A stretch of DNA of 46,631 nucleotides, the filler included, from Catajapyx aquilonaris (lineage: Eukaryota), in NCBI GenBank assembly GCA_000934665.2. It is 2 parts of 2 records of this genome, joined end to end, with 100 filler letters (N's around TTAATTAATTAA, not from the genome) between each part and the next. Parts side by side here need not be neighbours in the genome. Positions count along the whole stretch, not along the records: positions 1 to 23,874 come from JYFJ02005850.1; positions 23,975 to 46,631 come from JYFJ02005851.1. One strand, written 5' to 3'. The notes under the pieces are model-generated. The model searched no databases. It saw only the letters and a program-made list of their open reading frames with translations, and was not told the DNA's origin. The translations under genes and the position numbers were made by a program. Of the stretch, positions 23,128 to 34,697 are shown piece after piece; position 1 is the stretch's first letter, and each line of letters begins with the position of its first letter.

Positions 23128-23187
23128 CACGGAGCTTTGAGTCATCCAAGCACAGTATACTGTGCTTGGATGACTCAAAGCTCCGTG
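23128..23187. mobile_element. 60-bp perfect palindromic mini-transposon with 8-bp TSD (hAT/P-like)
   Basis: CACGGAGCTTTGAGTCATCCAAGCACAGTA|TACTGTGCTTGGATGACTCAAAGCTCCGTG flanked on both sides by CCTTAGTC. Confidence 0.85.
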
Positions 23188-23365
23188 CCTTAGTCTCCGG
23201 GAAGATTAGCGAAAGGAATGTATTGAGAGGGCTTCCCGGTCCGGCGTTGCCGAAAACGAGTTTGTCCCTTCATTCTGTGTGCAAAGGGGAACAATATTCT
23301 CAGAATTCTGTAAAAACCTAGTAAACTAGGCAAGACAGGAGAGAGGTCGGAGGCTACCTTTGAAC

Positions 23366-23368
<3 letters not shown>

Positions 23369-23445
<77 letters not shown>
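23369..23445. repeat. (TA)n microsatellite
   Basis: Pure TA run. Confidence 0.95.
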
Positions 23446-23448
<3 letters not shown>

Positions 23449-23874
23449 ACCAAATATATATATGTATATATGTATGTATATATATATAGTTCAAAACTGC
23501 AAGAGTCATGACACAAACAATACGCGTATTGCATTTTTCGTCAGTGAAATGCGTATTTCACACTATTGCCGCATGAATGCCGCAGACTAGTAGGTCTCGA
23601 TTCAGCAAGTAGTAGCCTCTCCCACCTAGTCAAGTTAATTAACAGCGAGCGAGAAACTATTTTAATATTATCAACAATCAATATTATGACCTCTTGAGGT
23701 CAGAGTGACGACCTATCGAGGTCAGATCTCAAATTCGCCCCTAGACGTGGGTGACCTAGAGATAGTGGGAAGGTTAAGGACTTTTACCTTGGCACATGTG
23801 TCACTTATTGGACCTATGTGAGCCGATTTCGCGCTTTTGCCAAGTTGGGGGGTCGTGCATTGGGGGGGTCGTGC

Positions 23875-23974
23875 NNNNNNNNNNNNNNNNNNNNNNNNNN
23901 NNNNNNNNNNNNNNNNNNTTAATTAATTAANNNNNNNNNNNNNNNNNNNNNNNNNNNNNNNNNNNNNNNNNNNN
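23875..23974. other. Assembly gap (100 nt) with artificial TTAATTAATTAA spacer
   Basis: N runs on both sides of a 12-mer at 23919-23930 that puts stop codons in all six frames. Confidence 0.9.
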
Positions 23975-24077
23975 CCCCTGGATCCGCCACTGTTACTACG
24001 TGCATTATCATCAAGTTGATGATAATGTATAATAATGCAATTCAAGTAGGCTATACCGTGCATTTGTGCAGTATTTA

Positions 24078-24137
<60 letters not shown>
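24078..24137. repeat. (AAT)n microsatellite
   Basis: Pure AAT run. Confidence 0.95.
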
Positions 24138-24138
<1 letters not shown>

Positions 24139-24339
24139 GTATTTAAAATGTAAAGTACAGAATACATATTTAAGTTGAAATCATTGCGTTGCCTCTCGCT
24201 ATAAGAGTTCGCTAATCAGATGCCTTGCGCAACCATTTCCAAGGGATAGTCTAAGTTAGTATACTCTGTACGGTACACATGCAGATCAGCCAGAATTTTT
24301 TTGTTTCACATGAACAATAACGCAATGGCTGGGCCACTC

Positions 24340-25008
24340 TGTAATGTTACCTCAGTAGTCAGTAATACATCCATGGTAATAAGGCCACTGCAAGGAGACG
24401 GAAATTGTACACAAAAATACAGCTCCACGCCCACTACCTAAAAATGCCGCAGACGACAGAAACACCATCGTACTACTTGAGAGATCCGAAATAGGGACGT
24501 AAACAATGTCAAAAAAAAAGTAGAGCGGGAGATTTTTAATACACTCAATAACAACAACCATCCACTTGTGGGTATCATACATGTTTGCTGTGGCATTGGC
24601 ATACCTGCAGCAAACATGTATGCCGGATACCCACAAGTATTGCACATACCTGTATACACTATGTTGACTATATAAGATAAGCTTATACATCGTGATGCGA
24701 AATACTTGTCCGATTGATGTGGTGATTTTTCCCCCCTAATTTGCTTATTGTTATTAGTTTATATAAGTAACTGCAAGAATAACTGATTAACAATAAGCAG
24801 ATTAGTGCAAAAAATCGAACCAGAAATCGGACAAGTGCTGTCATTTGGATCACCCTGTACTCTTGATAGCCTCGAAAAGTTCGAAAGTGAATTTTTAAAT
24901 AATAAACAGAGATGTGCAAAAACTCCGAAAACTCATTAAGAGCCATAGGCTATACACACCAAAGAACTAGTGTCTGGAATAATATTTTTCCGATAATACT
25001 TGTATAAT
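24340..25008. repeat. Dispersed repeat X, copy 1 (uninterrupted)
   Basis: Highly similar to 29088-29502 joined to 30975-31226. Confidence 0.9.
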
Positions 25009-25427
25009 ATTAGTAATGTATGACAGTCCTGGATTAAACGGTAACATTGGCAGTCCTTCTGCTCCTATGATTAAAATTAGCCTATTCTGATCACGAAGAA
25101 TTTCTTCTACTTTGATAATTCATACCCAATTCATACCTCATGACCATCAGCGTTTACCGTGATAGTTTTTTTCAGATTTAAAGCAACATGTTGCTTTAAA
25201 TCAAACGTATAGTTGAAAAAAGCAGTAGTTTATTTCCGAATTCCACATTTTCCTCAGAAATATCGATATATTGGGTGTCTTTTTTTTGTCCTTCTGCTAA
25301 AGTAATGCATTACCTGTTCACAATTAATTATACTGTAGTAACCATGTAACCCATGAGAAAGCTTATATGAAAAAAAAATCAGAACGATTAGAATCATGCT
25401 ACAGAGATTTATCAGAACAACGTTTTA

Positions 25428-25553
25428 GGGCCGGTTTCACCGAGCTCAGTATATGATAAAACCAGGGTTCTTTCTCAAAATCCCTATCTGTTTGTATGGA
25501 TTTTCCTAAAGAAATCTGGTTTTATCATATACCAAGCTCGGTGAAACCGGCCC
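25428..25553. mobile_element. PIF/Harbinger (Tourist-like) MITE, 126 bp
   Basis: TIR GGGCCGGTTTCACCGAGCT..; TTA TSD on both sides; arms extend about 38 bp. Confidence 0.85.
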
Positions 25554-27295
25554 TTAGTAATATGCACCTCCCCACATTTTTCAGGACAGTGATTTTAGTT
25601 CCTTATCTTAACTAGAGGTGCCGCCAGTGAATCAGACGACTCTGAAAAACCAACTGTACGACCCATGAGCCTGAATGTCCCATACTGACAGTACAACACA
25701 TGCCACAAAGATGAGTGGGTGCTGCAACCAAACTTTCTCAAGAGCCGAAAAGTTGGCCCCCCTCCCCCCCCTCCCCCCTCTTTTTTTTAAAGGGTCGCCT
25801 CAAGTTTGAAACCGGTTTTTGGGTGTTCCGATGAAAAGCGTGAGTCCAGATCGGCAGCATTAGGACTTTTGAAGACTGCGTCCTGCTTGGCCGAATCGGG
25901 AGGAAATAAATCAAGGCGATGTCTTTTTGGAAGTTTCCGACGAATTATTTTGTCACTTTGCATGACAAAAGCGGGCCGGATGGGGGAGGATTATTTTACA
26001 AAGTGCGACAGAGAAAAGTTGAGAGTTTTATTCGTTCCGATAGAATGCGGAGTGGTTGAGACTGTTGAGTGGCCCCCGGGAGAAAGAGAAGATTGAGCAA
26101 GGCGGAAGGAAAAAGCTTTTCGTTCAAGTCACACTCTGAGAAACCCCAACATCCAAATTGGATGGCGTTTCTTCCGGGCCGGCTTACCATTGGTCGGATT
26201 AAGGGAGGGAAAAAGGGAAAAAAGGCGGGGGAGGGAAGGAGGTAGAGGGAAAAAGGGGGGGGGGTTTTAAAAAANGGGGGGGGGATTTTAAAAAAAGCTT
26301 GATAAATTAGCTTTTAAAGCGCACCTTCCGCAACCTTAATCAAGGAGGAGATGGGCCGGAAGCTGCTTTAATCATTAGGTAATTACTTCGACAATTGTGC
26401 CAGCGCTTTTTAGACTGCTCGACGCGACGACGATAACGTCACGTTTTGTATGCCTACTTAGATCCTTCTACGGAAAGAACTTTTCTCATCTACACTCAAA
26501 AGAGTCATTAAGTCATCAAGCCGGGGTACTTCCGTCACATTTGTAGCCTCGGAACATTTTGGAGCAGGCATATATACTAGAAACCTGTGGGTAAAATGGA
26601 AGGTAGAGGAAAGAAAGGGATAAGGGGGGGGGGAGAGGGGGAAGGAGGAGAAAGAGTTCATTTTGTTGGCACCAAACGAGAAAACAAGCTCGGCAGCTAA
26701 GTTTCGTGTTTCGACTGCCTGTCGTGAAAAGCCAGAAACACGTAGCCATTACGGACTTGTTATGTTACATTATCTTGCATTAACGTTCGTATTGAGTTGC
26801 TAATCCAATTCCCGGCAATCCTACCAGGTTTGCAAAGTTCAGTTTTCGCTCCATAATTGGCCTACAAACAGTGGGAAGGACTAAAGGAAGTCTACTATTC
26901 TTGATGTCAATGTGGTTAGGTCTAATTAGGATCTAAGTACGCGCGAGCTGATAGACTCTCGCTACCACTCAGACTGCAATTTGTCTACATGTAATGAACG
27001 CCTCGAAGAAACAACCTTGCCTGTTCTGATGAAATTTACATCTCCTGCAGTTAAATATTGTTAATTGTATCAACATCTTCCTGGAATTTGGTAATGTAAC
27101 GCTAGTTCTGCATTATAAAGGGTTACCTGGAAATCTGTATAGGTCGATTCCGAAAAGGTGGTGCACATCTGTCGGAATAATGGATTCAGAAAAATGAGAC
27201 AACTCAAGTGCCTCTTTACAATGTTAAAATTTAGGAAAACGATGCTTCATCTCCATGAAAAATAAATTTGCGGGTGGTTTCATGAAATACGTATT

Positions 27296-27366
27296 TACTC
27301 TCTAAAAAAATAAGAGTTAAAAAAACTCAATAAGAGTTAAATTAACTCTTATTTTTTTAGAGAGTA
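27296..27366. repeat. 71-bp foldback element (CACTA/EnSpm-like end)
   Basis: TACTCTCTAAAAAAATAAGAGTTAA ... TTAACTCTTATTTTTTTAGAGAGTA, a 25-bp IR; no clear TSD. Confidence 0.6.
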
Positions 27367-29502
27367 GTGTCACTTTGAGCAGTTCTACAGAACGCGTGAC
27401 AAAATAACTCACATGAAATACTATTCACTTCTCAAGGGTCGTTTGAATCACCGTGACAACTTAGTGTTCTGTGGTGAATGGTGTTTACATTTTGTTTACG
27501 GATCAATTTAGCGTATACAATTACACTATACTGTATTTTAGCATAACTAACTGGTTGACGTATGATTAGTTAAAAAGTTACAACTGACATAATCGCGTTT
27601 CATCGCTTTGGTCCTGTCTATTTCTTCAGGGGAGATAAGCCTCTCAGAGCGGGATTGGCTATATACTAGAGTGGGTGATGATAATAGGCTAGTGCAGTAC
27701 ATAACAAAGCAACTATGGCTATCTGGCTATGAGAAGACGCAAAGGTGGGGCAGATGGAGAGAGACACGAAGAGGAAAGAGAAGATAGGAAAGACTGGCAT
27801 AATTATCTCTGAGGCTGTCTCCTATACCCCCAAGACCTGTCCGACTTGGGTGACCCTGCCAGTAGACAAAGGTACCCCCGGAATAGCTCTTGGGGGTCAT
27901 GGGATACACCGGGGAGAAAAATCATTGAGTTAGACGTTTTTGATCATTGTTACCATCATGTGGTCCCAGCTAGCACTTCCTGTTTCTATTTCCGAAGGAG
28001 ACCCAATTGCCCTTGCTCCTATCCAATATCGTGTTTATTCGCGCTGAATATATACAACAATACAGCCGCTATTATATCGCACCCATTCTGAATTGTTTTT
28101 AAAGGTATAAAATAAAGGACAAAATAATGAGAGGCTGTAGGGCAAAGAAAACTACAGCGTATGTAAGCAGGTCGATTATGTAGGATGAACAAGTCATTTG
28201 GCCTATTGGCCTGTGTAATCACGAGTAGGAAACATGCTCTTCGAATTGGGTGAGCGACCTCTCCAGGATTGCAGAGTCATCCTCTGAGTGGAGAAAAGAA
28301 ACCGAATGGTTACTTTTCTCGTTAACAGTGAAAAAGGAGAAGAAAAAATGGTACCAATGATTGTCACTTCCGATGACTTTCTGGAGCTTGCCAAAGAGAA
28401 GTTTGAAAATGTAGCTTGAAAATTAATGTAATCTACTCGTACATTAAATGCCAAGGACTTTTCAAAGTGTTGTTTCCTCTCTTTTCAAAATGGAGTTTAA
28501 AAAGAAGTCATCTGAAAAATAAGAAGTCCGTCCTATAGAACCCAGTATCAAATATTCGACGCCGTTTCTCAAAATGTCAGCTATAATAATTTTCAAACTT
28601 CATTGCAATAAGTTACATATCTGAAAACGGTGTAAACTTCATCCAGGAATGTCCACTTTACATGGTGACACACTGCCTAAGCCTTAAGGTGACACCTCCA
28701 ACAATGGAGGTGAGGTAAAATGTGACTGAACGGCCTGTTAAAGCCCTCACTATTTGAGCCTTCGTCGCGCAACCGACTTTTCTGTCGGCCACACAAATCG
28801 CACCGATCGTTTACGCCATTCCGACTAGAAGCATGTGACACATGTGCTACGTCGCACAGCCAGCGAGGTGTGCGAGGTGAGGAGTGGGGGGTCAAGTGGG
28901 AGGGGCTGCTCAAAATTCCTTGAGCTCCTGAGCGGGAAATTAGTCGGGTTTCAAGTCAACAGAAGTTGGAACCCAACAATGGTCCAAACTTCTGTGTGAG
29001 ACTTGACCTTGGGATTTTGTTACTATGTAGAGAGTAGGAGTAAGAGCACGACGTCGTACAAAGCAAATATAGGTACTGTGCAGGTAATGTAATGTAACCT
29101 TAGTAATACATCCATGGTAATAAGACCACTGTAAGGAGACGGAAATTGTACACAAATATCCAGCTCCACACCTCCACTCTCACAACCTAAAAATGCCGCA
29201 GACGACAGAAACACCACAGTACTACTTGAGAGATCCGAAATAGGGACGTAAACATATGTCAAAAAAAAGTAGAGCGGGAGATTTTTAATACACTCAATAA
29301 CAACAACCATCCACTTGTGGGTATCATACATGTTTGCTGTGGCATGCCTGCAGCAAACATGTATGATACCCACAAGTATTGCACATGCACCACCTGAATA
29401 TATTGCACATACCTGTATACACTATATTGACTATAAGATAAGCTTATACATCGTGATGCGAAATACTTGTCCGATTGATGTGGTGATTTCCCCCCCCTAA
29501 TT

Positions 29503-30974
29503 CGCGGATAAACTATTGTTTATCCGCACCTTAACAACACGGTCGGTGTTAGGCGGGCGGGGGGCCTCCCGACGGTTGGCAACGTTGCGTCGCAAACAAT
29601 CGGGTGCCTATTGATACTGCTGCATGGTTACATGGAACTGTGCTTTATTATTCTTTTCGGGCTTTCGGGGATTCTATACGGGAGTTTGAGGTGATTAAGT
29701 GGATGGAATAGCCCTTTGTATTGGTGTTTCTGCATGGCTTTTTGTTACCGCAACAGTAATACTGTACATTGTTGTGGACCTGCCAGGCACTGAGGCACGG
29801 TACGTCGCCCGTGCGTGATATTTTTAGTTTTTGCGGAGCGATAGCGGAGCTGGGCGCTTATTGTGGGTTTCTGTATCCGCAACAGTTACTGTCCGTTTTG
29901 TGGCGCCGCAGGCCAACGAACGTTATTGTGGCTTTGCCAAGCGCGAAGTACACCTTCACACAGTCCGTTAAACCAACGAACTACATGGCGCCAAGTTCCG
30001 CCCGCCACCACCCGGCTCTCCCCTCCAATCATGCCCACGACTCACTCTGCAGGAATACTACTGCACACGCTCAGAAAACACGCCTTTTTATGGTGTGACA
30101 TCATATCGTTCTTTTGGTTAACAGACTGCAGCAACCATCATGGCTTTCATATTTCCCACCTCCTTCATTAATACTGTGGTCCTAGCACTACTCGTCTGAA
30201 CGGTTCGCGTGGCAGGGGTAAGAAGACGCCCTTTGTTAAGGCCTCTACCACGGCTGTAGAAGACTCAGGTTAGGTCACTCCCCACCCACCCCCTGCCGAA
30301 GGATTACGCACCGGGTGCTCACTTGAGAGCGCCATGAGACATTTTCCAGAGCATTTTTGTGGCGACCCTACCGGACTAAGGCTGAACTTTATAGGTACGA
30401 AGGGGAGGGCTACATTGGGGGGCCCAACATGGCCGCCTGCGGCCATGTTGGGCCAGCATGTAGCCCTCCCCTTCGTACCTATAAAGTTCAGCCTTAGTCC
30501 GGTAGGGTCGCCACATAAATGCTCTGGAAAATGTCTCATGGCGCTCTCAAGTGAGCACCCGGTGCGTAATCCCTCGGCAGGTGATAAGCCCAGAAGATAG
30601 GGGTAGTGTCCGTGGGCTGGCCTCTACACAAAATCGGCGGAAGGTTGAGCGGGCGGAAAACGTGCGATTGGGGCGCGGGATGGGAGTGGTGGCAATTCAC
30701 AAATTCAGCGGTGGCGCTGCGGGCGGAAACTGGTGCGCTGTGGGAATCGCTCAAGTCCATCCGGATATACTCGTGCGATTGCCACCGCTCAGTTCCGCGC
30801 CCCAAACCACGCCCCCAAACGCACCCTTGCCGCTCTCTCAGCCTTCCGCCGAATTTATGAAGCGGCCTTTATGCTTTCCCGGCAACCGGTTGTTTGCTAC
30901 GCGTAGCCAACACACGACGCCCTGCCAATCCCGCCGCGTCGCTAGGTGCGGATAAACGATAGACTTTCCTAATT
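29503..30974. mobile_element. 1472-bp non-coding insertion with terminal direct repeat and subterminal inverted repeats (Crypton-like, tentative)
   Basis: Absent from paralogous copy 1 (empty site CCCCTAATTTGC near 24733-24744). CCTAATT at 29496-29502 and 30968-30974. IR CTATTGTTTATCCGCACCT (29513-29531) / AGGTGCGGATAAACGATAG (30944-30962). Confidence 0.7.
30292..30581. repeat. 290-bp near-perfect palindrome
   Basis: Arms of about 145 bp centred on GGCCGC-CT-GCGGCC (30431-30444); only two mismatches in the outer ~120 bp plus one small internal loop. Confidence 0.95.
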
Positions 30975-31456
30975 TGCTTATTGTTAGTTTATATAAGTAA
31001 CTGCAAGAATAACCGATTTAAGCAGATTAGTGCAAAAAACCGAACCAGAGAACGGACAAGTGCTGTAATTTGGATCACCCTGTACTCTTGATAGCCTCGA
31101 AAAGTTCCAAAGTGAATTTTTAAATAATAAGCAGAGATGTGCAAAAACTCCGAAAACTCATTAAGAGCCATACACACCAAAGAACTACTGTTTGGAATAA
31201 TATTTTCCCGACAATACCTGTATAATTAGTCGGGTTTCAAGTCAACAGAAGTTGGAACCCAACAATGGTCCAAACTTCTGTGAGACTTGACCTTCGGATT
31301 TTGTTACTATGTAGAGAGTAGGAGTAAGAGCACGACGTCGTACGTTTCCAAGTCGACCAAACTTCCAAGTCGACTAAAAGGACCATCTTATACTAGCTGT
31401 ACTACAAATCAAATATAGGTGCTGTGCAGGCTGCCCATTGGGCGGAGCACTAAACC

Positions 31457-31457
<1 letters not shown>

Positions 31458-31512
<55 letters not shown>
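31458..31512. repeat. (ATT)n microsatellite
   Basis: Pure ATT run. Confidence 0.95.
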
Positions 31513-31513
<1 letters not shown>

Positions 31514-32959
31514 ATCGTGAGGGCGTAAACAGGCCTTAATTCCAGAATGAAATCAGTTTTGATCATCTGTTACAGTCACGGCAGAGTTCCATGGACATTT
31601 ATAATAAAAGGGGAGTTGTGTGTAGTTGTGTGTAGTTACACAAACACTACATAAACGTGGCCGGAAAGTGTGCCGGGACTTTAGACATATGCCAGTGCAT
31701 GCTAGTAGCAGTGGAAAAAATGGGCAGCACATCTTTTAGGTAAATCAAAATGCGCGCAGTTTATCGCCGGTATATTTGGGATGTGCGGTCAAATATGCAG
31801 CACGACGAAGCCGCAAAATTAGCATGGAACTATAGCGTATAGGTAACAGGATTCTTCACTATTCGGAGAAGTTGGGGCAAATTGTCCACCAAAAATGAGG
31901 AAATTGCAATAAATGCAGCTGAACCGTGGTAGGCTGCTGTTTTTTTTCTTCACCTGTTGTGGTCGTGTTTTGAATGTCTGGAAATAACAGCATCGCATGC
32001 ATTTTGGTCAGACATTTGAATGACGCATATTTTGCATATTTTCATGTTTTTGCGTCTCCTTTTCCATTGCTTATAAAAGCGTACATGTATGTGTGTATGA
32101 ATATTTTGGCTAGAGCATCACAAATTTCAATCAAATCGCCAGAAAATTACCTTCAGAACAATCGGTTGTACTATTACCTCAATTTCGAAAATCTCCTACT
32201 ACGTGTGTGGATTTGCGTTCACACTCGTACACTGAAACCGTCAACTGAAAAAACAAAACAAAATCAGTCCAAAGGTTTGAGTGGGATATCAAGTAACCAT
32301 GCAAAAATAATTTTGAGCCAATTCGGCTGCTTATATTTAGAGCTATCGTGAATCTAGAGTAGGCCTTCGTAGGCGTAGCATTAGTCAAGATACGGTTACC
32401 TCATTAAAATAATGTCCCTACAAAAATTCAATGATATTTTTGCACAGAGTGGGCAAATACTCTCTAGTACGTTCGTCCAGCTGCGCGCGAGATGGCCGGG
32501 ATCAAATTCGGACTGGCCGGTCCACCCCCCCCCCCCCCCCCCCCNCAGTTTGCGCCCCCCTCCGTTTTTCTTCCTCCAGGCTGCGGTTCTATTGGCCAAA
32601 ATGGTCTACACGTGACTTTTGTCGCCAGAGACCCTTCGCCCGCCGTCGCCGGTATCTGGGTCTAGCAGATCCTGGCGATGCGATGGGCACCAAATCGGTC
32701 GCTTGGACGGGAACTCCGTCGCTGCGGGCACCGCGTCGTGGATACGTGAACACTCCGTCGCCAGCGTCGGGACACACACCCCCTATGTGAACGGATATGT
32801 GAATTACTCGCTCCAGTTGCCCATGCGCACTCCAGTCCCATGTACACAACGGGACCTGCCAGGGGAAATTCGCGTGCACGAATGAAGCCAGTTGTCACAT
32901 TTTACCGTGTTCCATTGGTGGAGGTGTCAACTTAGGTAATATACACCCCATCGAGGGAG

Positions 32960-33120
32960 GTGAAGTGGCGCTGCCGTAAGGCACGCGCCCACGGATGTTA
33001 AGGTCCCGTGTTCGATCCCAGCCCGTCAGAGTTCATCACGTGCAGAGTTTGGGCCATCTCTGGCTTCGTCTCGGGTGGGACTCCTTAGACTAACCATCCG
33101 GGGGAGTTCACAAAATGACC
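32960..33120 (+). mobile_element. Degenerate tRNA-derived SINE
   Basis: A-box-like GTGGCGCTGCCG and B box GTGTTCGATCCC at tRNA-like spacing. Confidence 0.45.
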
Positions 33121-33815
33121 TCACCCACGACATTGCACTGGACTTTGCACACCCCCTCCTGTCATCCTTCCCGCATTGATTTGACACTCTTTTACTAATA
33201 TTTCATTCCCCTTAAATGCTTCTACTATTACGGTAACATTTTTGGTTTGGTTTATCCTTAAACTTATGCTATCACCTTTGGAGGATAACAAAAGTGTAAG
33301 GTTAAAAGCTACTGAAAATAATTGCCATCTGGGTAATATCGAAGAGAACTGAAAAATATCACATAAAATATGGGGGTGTCCCACCCCCCCCTAAGAGAGC
33401 CAAGGGCTCTAGCACGGGGTAGCAAATATAATTTAAAAAATCAAAACAATCTGCATAATGAAAAGGAACGCCTGAGTGACCAGTGTTTACAGAAGGAAGA
33501 ACTGTTCTACAGCTGACATTTCCATCAGACAATTTTTTGATGTTATGTGAACCAACAGAAACACAGCTGAAAAAATATTTTGTTAGAATTTCTGTATTTA
33601 TGTAGCCTAACGGCATAGTAACTTAACTTTTTCCCTCCTTTTTGGTGCCACAAGGGTTAAATACTGTACAATGTGAAACTCAACTGAAGGCAAGAGAGTA
33701 TAATCTTGGTTTCTCCCATGCAAATGTGTAAGTCGGGATGTTAAATAAATTTGAATTTAATTTAATTGATGCCTTGACAAAATATAATGCCGATTCACAA
33801 CTCAGAAATGATATA

Positions 33816-34240
33816 CAGGGTGTATCTGAACTCAGTGCCCCGACGTATATGACTGCCTTCCTAGCCACCAGAGGATCGATTTAAGTATAGGAGTCATTAT
33901 GTTTGGCCGCCGCATTACTGAGATAATTGGCCGCAAACATGTAGTACAAAATATCCTGTCGGTTAGGCCACCCATCGAACCCTCCCCCAGTCAGAAGGCT
34001 CTGGAATGTCTGGGGGCGGGACTTTGTTGGTTTGTTGCCCACAGGTGGTAAGGCCTCTTTGGCTAGTTACACCAGAAAATTCTATTTAAAAGTCAGAAGG
34101 AGCGATTAGGCAAAAATCGCTAAAGAGTGTATCTCAGTAATGAGGCTGCCCAGACATTATGACTCCTCTACATAAGTTGATCCTCTGGTGGCTAGGAAGG
34201 CAGTCATATACGTCGGGGCACTGAGTTCAGATACACCCTG
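33816..34240. mobile_element. Mariner-type MITE family A, copy 2
   Basis: Same TIR and core as 21518-21941; TA TSD. Confidence 0.9.
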
Positions 34241-34244
34241 TATA

Positions 34245-34697
34245 CAGGGTGTGGAAATTTGACCTACCGTTTCGTCGCTTTGGGGGATGATAGAGAGCTT
34301 CCGGGCGATCATTTTAAATATAGGAATCGGGGGTCTCCGCAGCATAGTTACGGCGATAATGTGCGTCAAACACAAAGTATAAAATATCCTGGCAGGTATG
34401 CGTCCCTCCACACGACCTTAACTTTTTCATTTAAATTTTAGGTGTTGCCATGTAATGTAATAATTATAATTTACGATCATATTAGGTGACTAGGTGTAGC
34501 AGAGCGATTGGCCTTAGGCGATGGAAGCATCATAAGCAATAGCCGAAACCTATGAGCTGGTATAATGCACTTTTTATTTAATTCTAATTATCTCGGTAAG
34601 TATGCGGCGGAGACCCACGTTGCATATACTCAAAGTGATCGCCTAGAAGCCCTCTATCATTTCCCAAAAGGACGGTAGGTCAAATTTCCGCACCCTG
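34245..34697. mobile_element. Mariner-type MITE family B
   Basis: TIR CAGGGTGTGGAAATTTGACCTACCGT / ACGGTAGGTCAAATTTCCGCACCCTG; TA TSD; abuts family A across TATA. Confidence 0.85.

Larger units (their letters stand above)
28938..31430. repeat. Repeat X copy 2 bracketed by long direct repeats (28938-29084 / 31224-31430)
   Basis: AATTAGTCGGGTTTCAAGTCAAC...GACGTCGTAC (about 120 bp) occurs at both ends, plus shared CAAATATAGGT(A/G)CTGTGCAGG; the left copy lacks about 60 bp. Confidence 0.85.

Noticed and set aside
23190..23590. ORFs with YIYI runs
   Set aside because: Translation of the (TA)n microsatellite.
23919..23930. TTAATTAATTAA palindrome
   Set aside because: Sits inside the N gap; an artificial scaffolding spacer.
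27590..27635. Minus-strand Penelope-type hammerhead (CCTGAAGA...GAAACGCG)
   Set aside because: No stem II pairing and no proper NUH/stem I; degenerate at best.
30270..30600. Pair of near-identical ORFs on opposite strands
   Set aside because: A direct by-product of the 290-bp palindrome; no protein motif.
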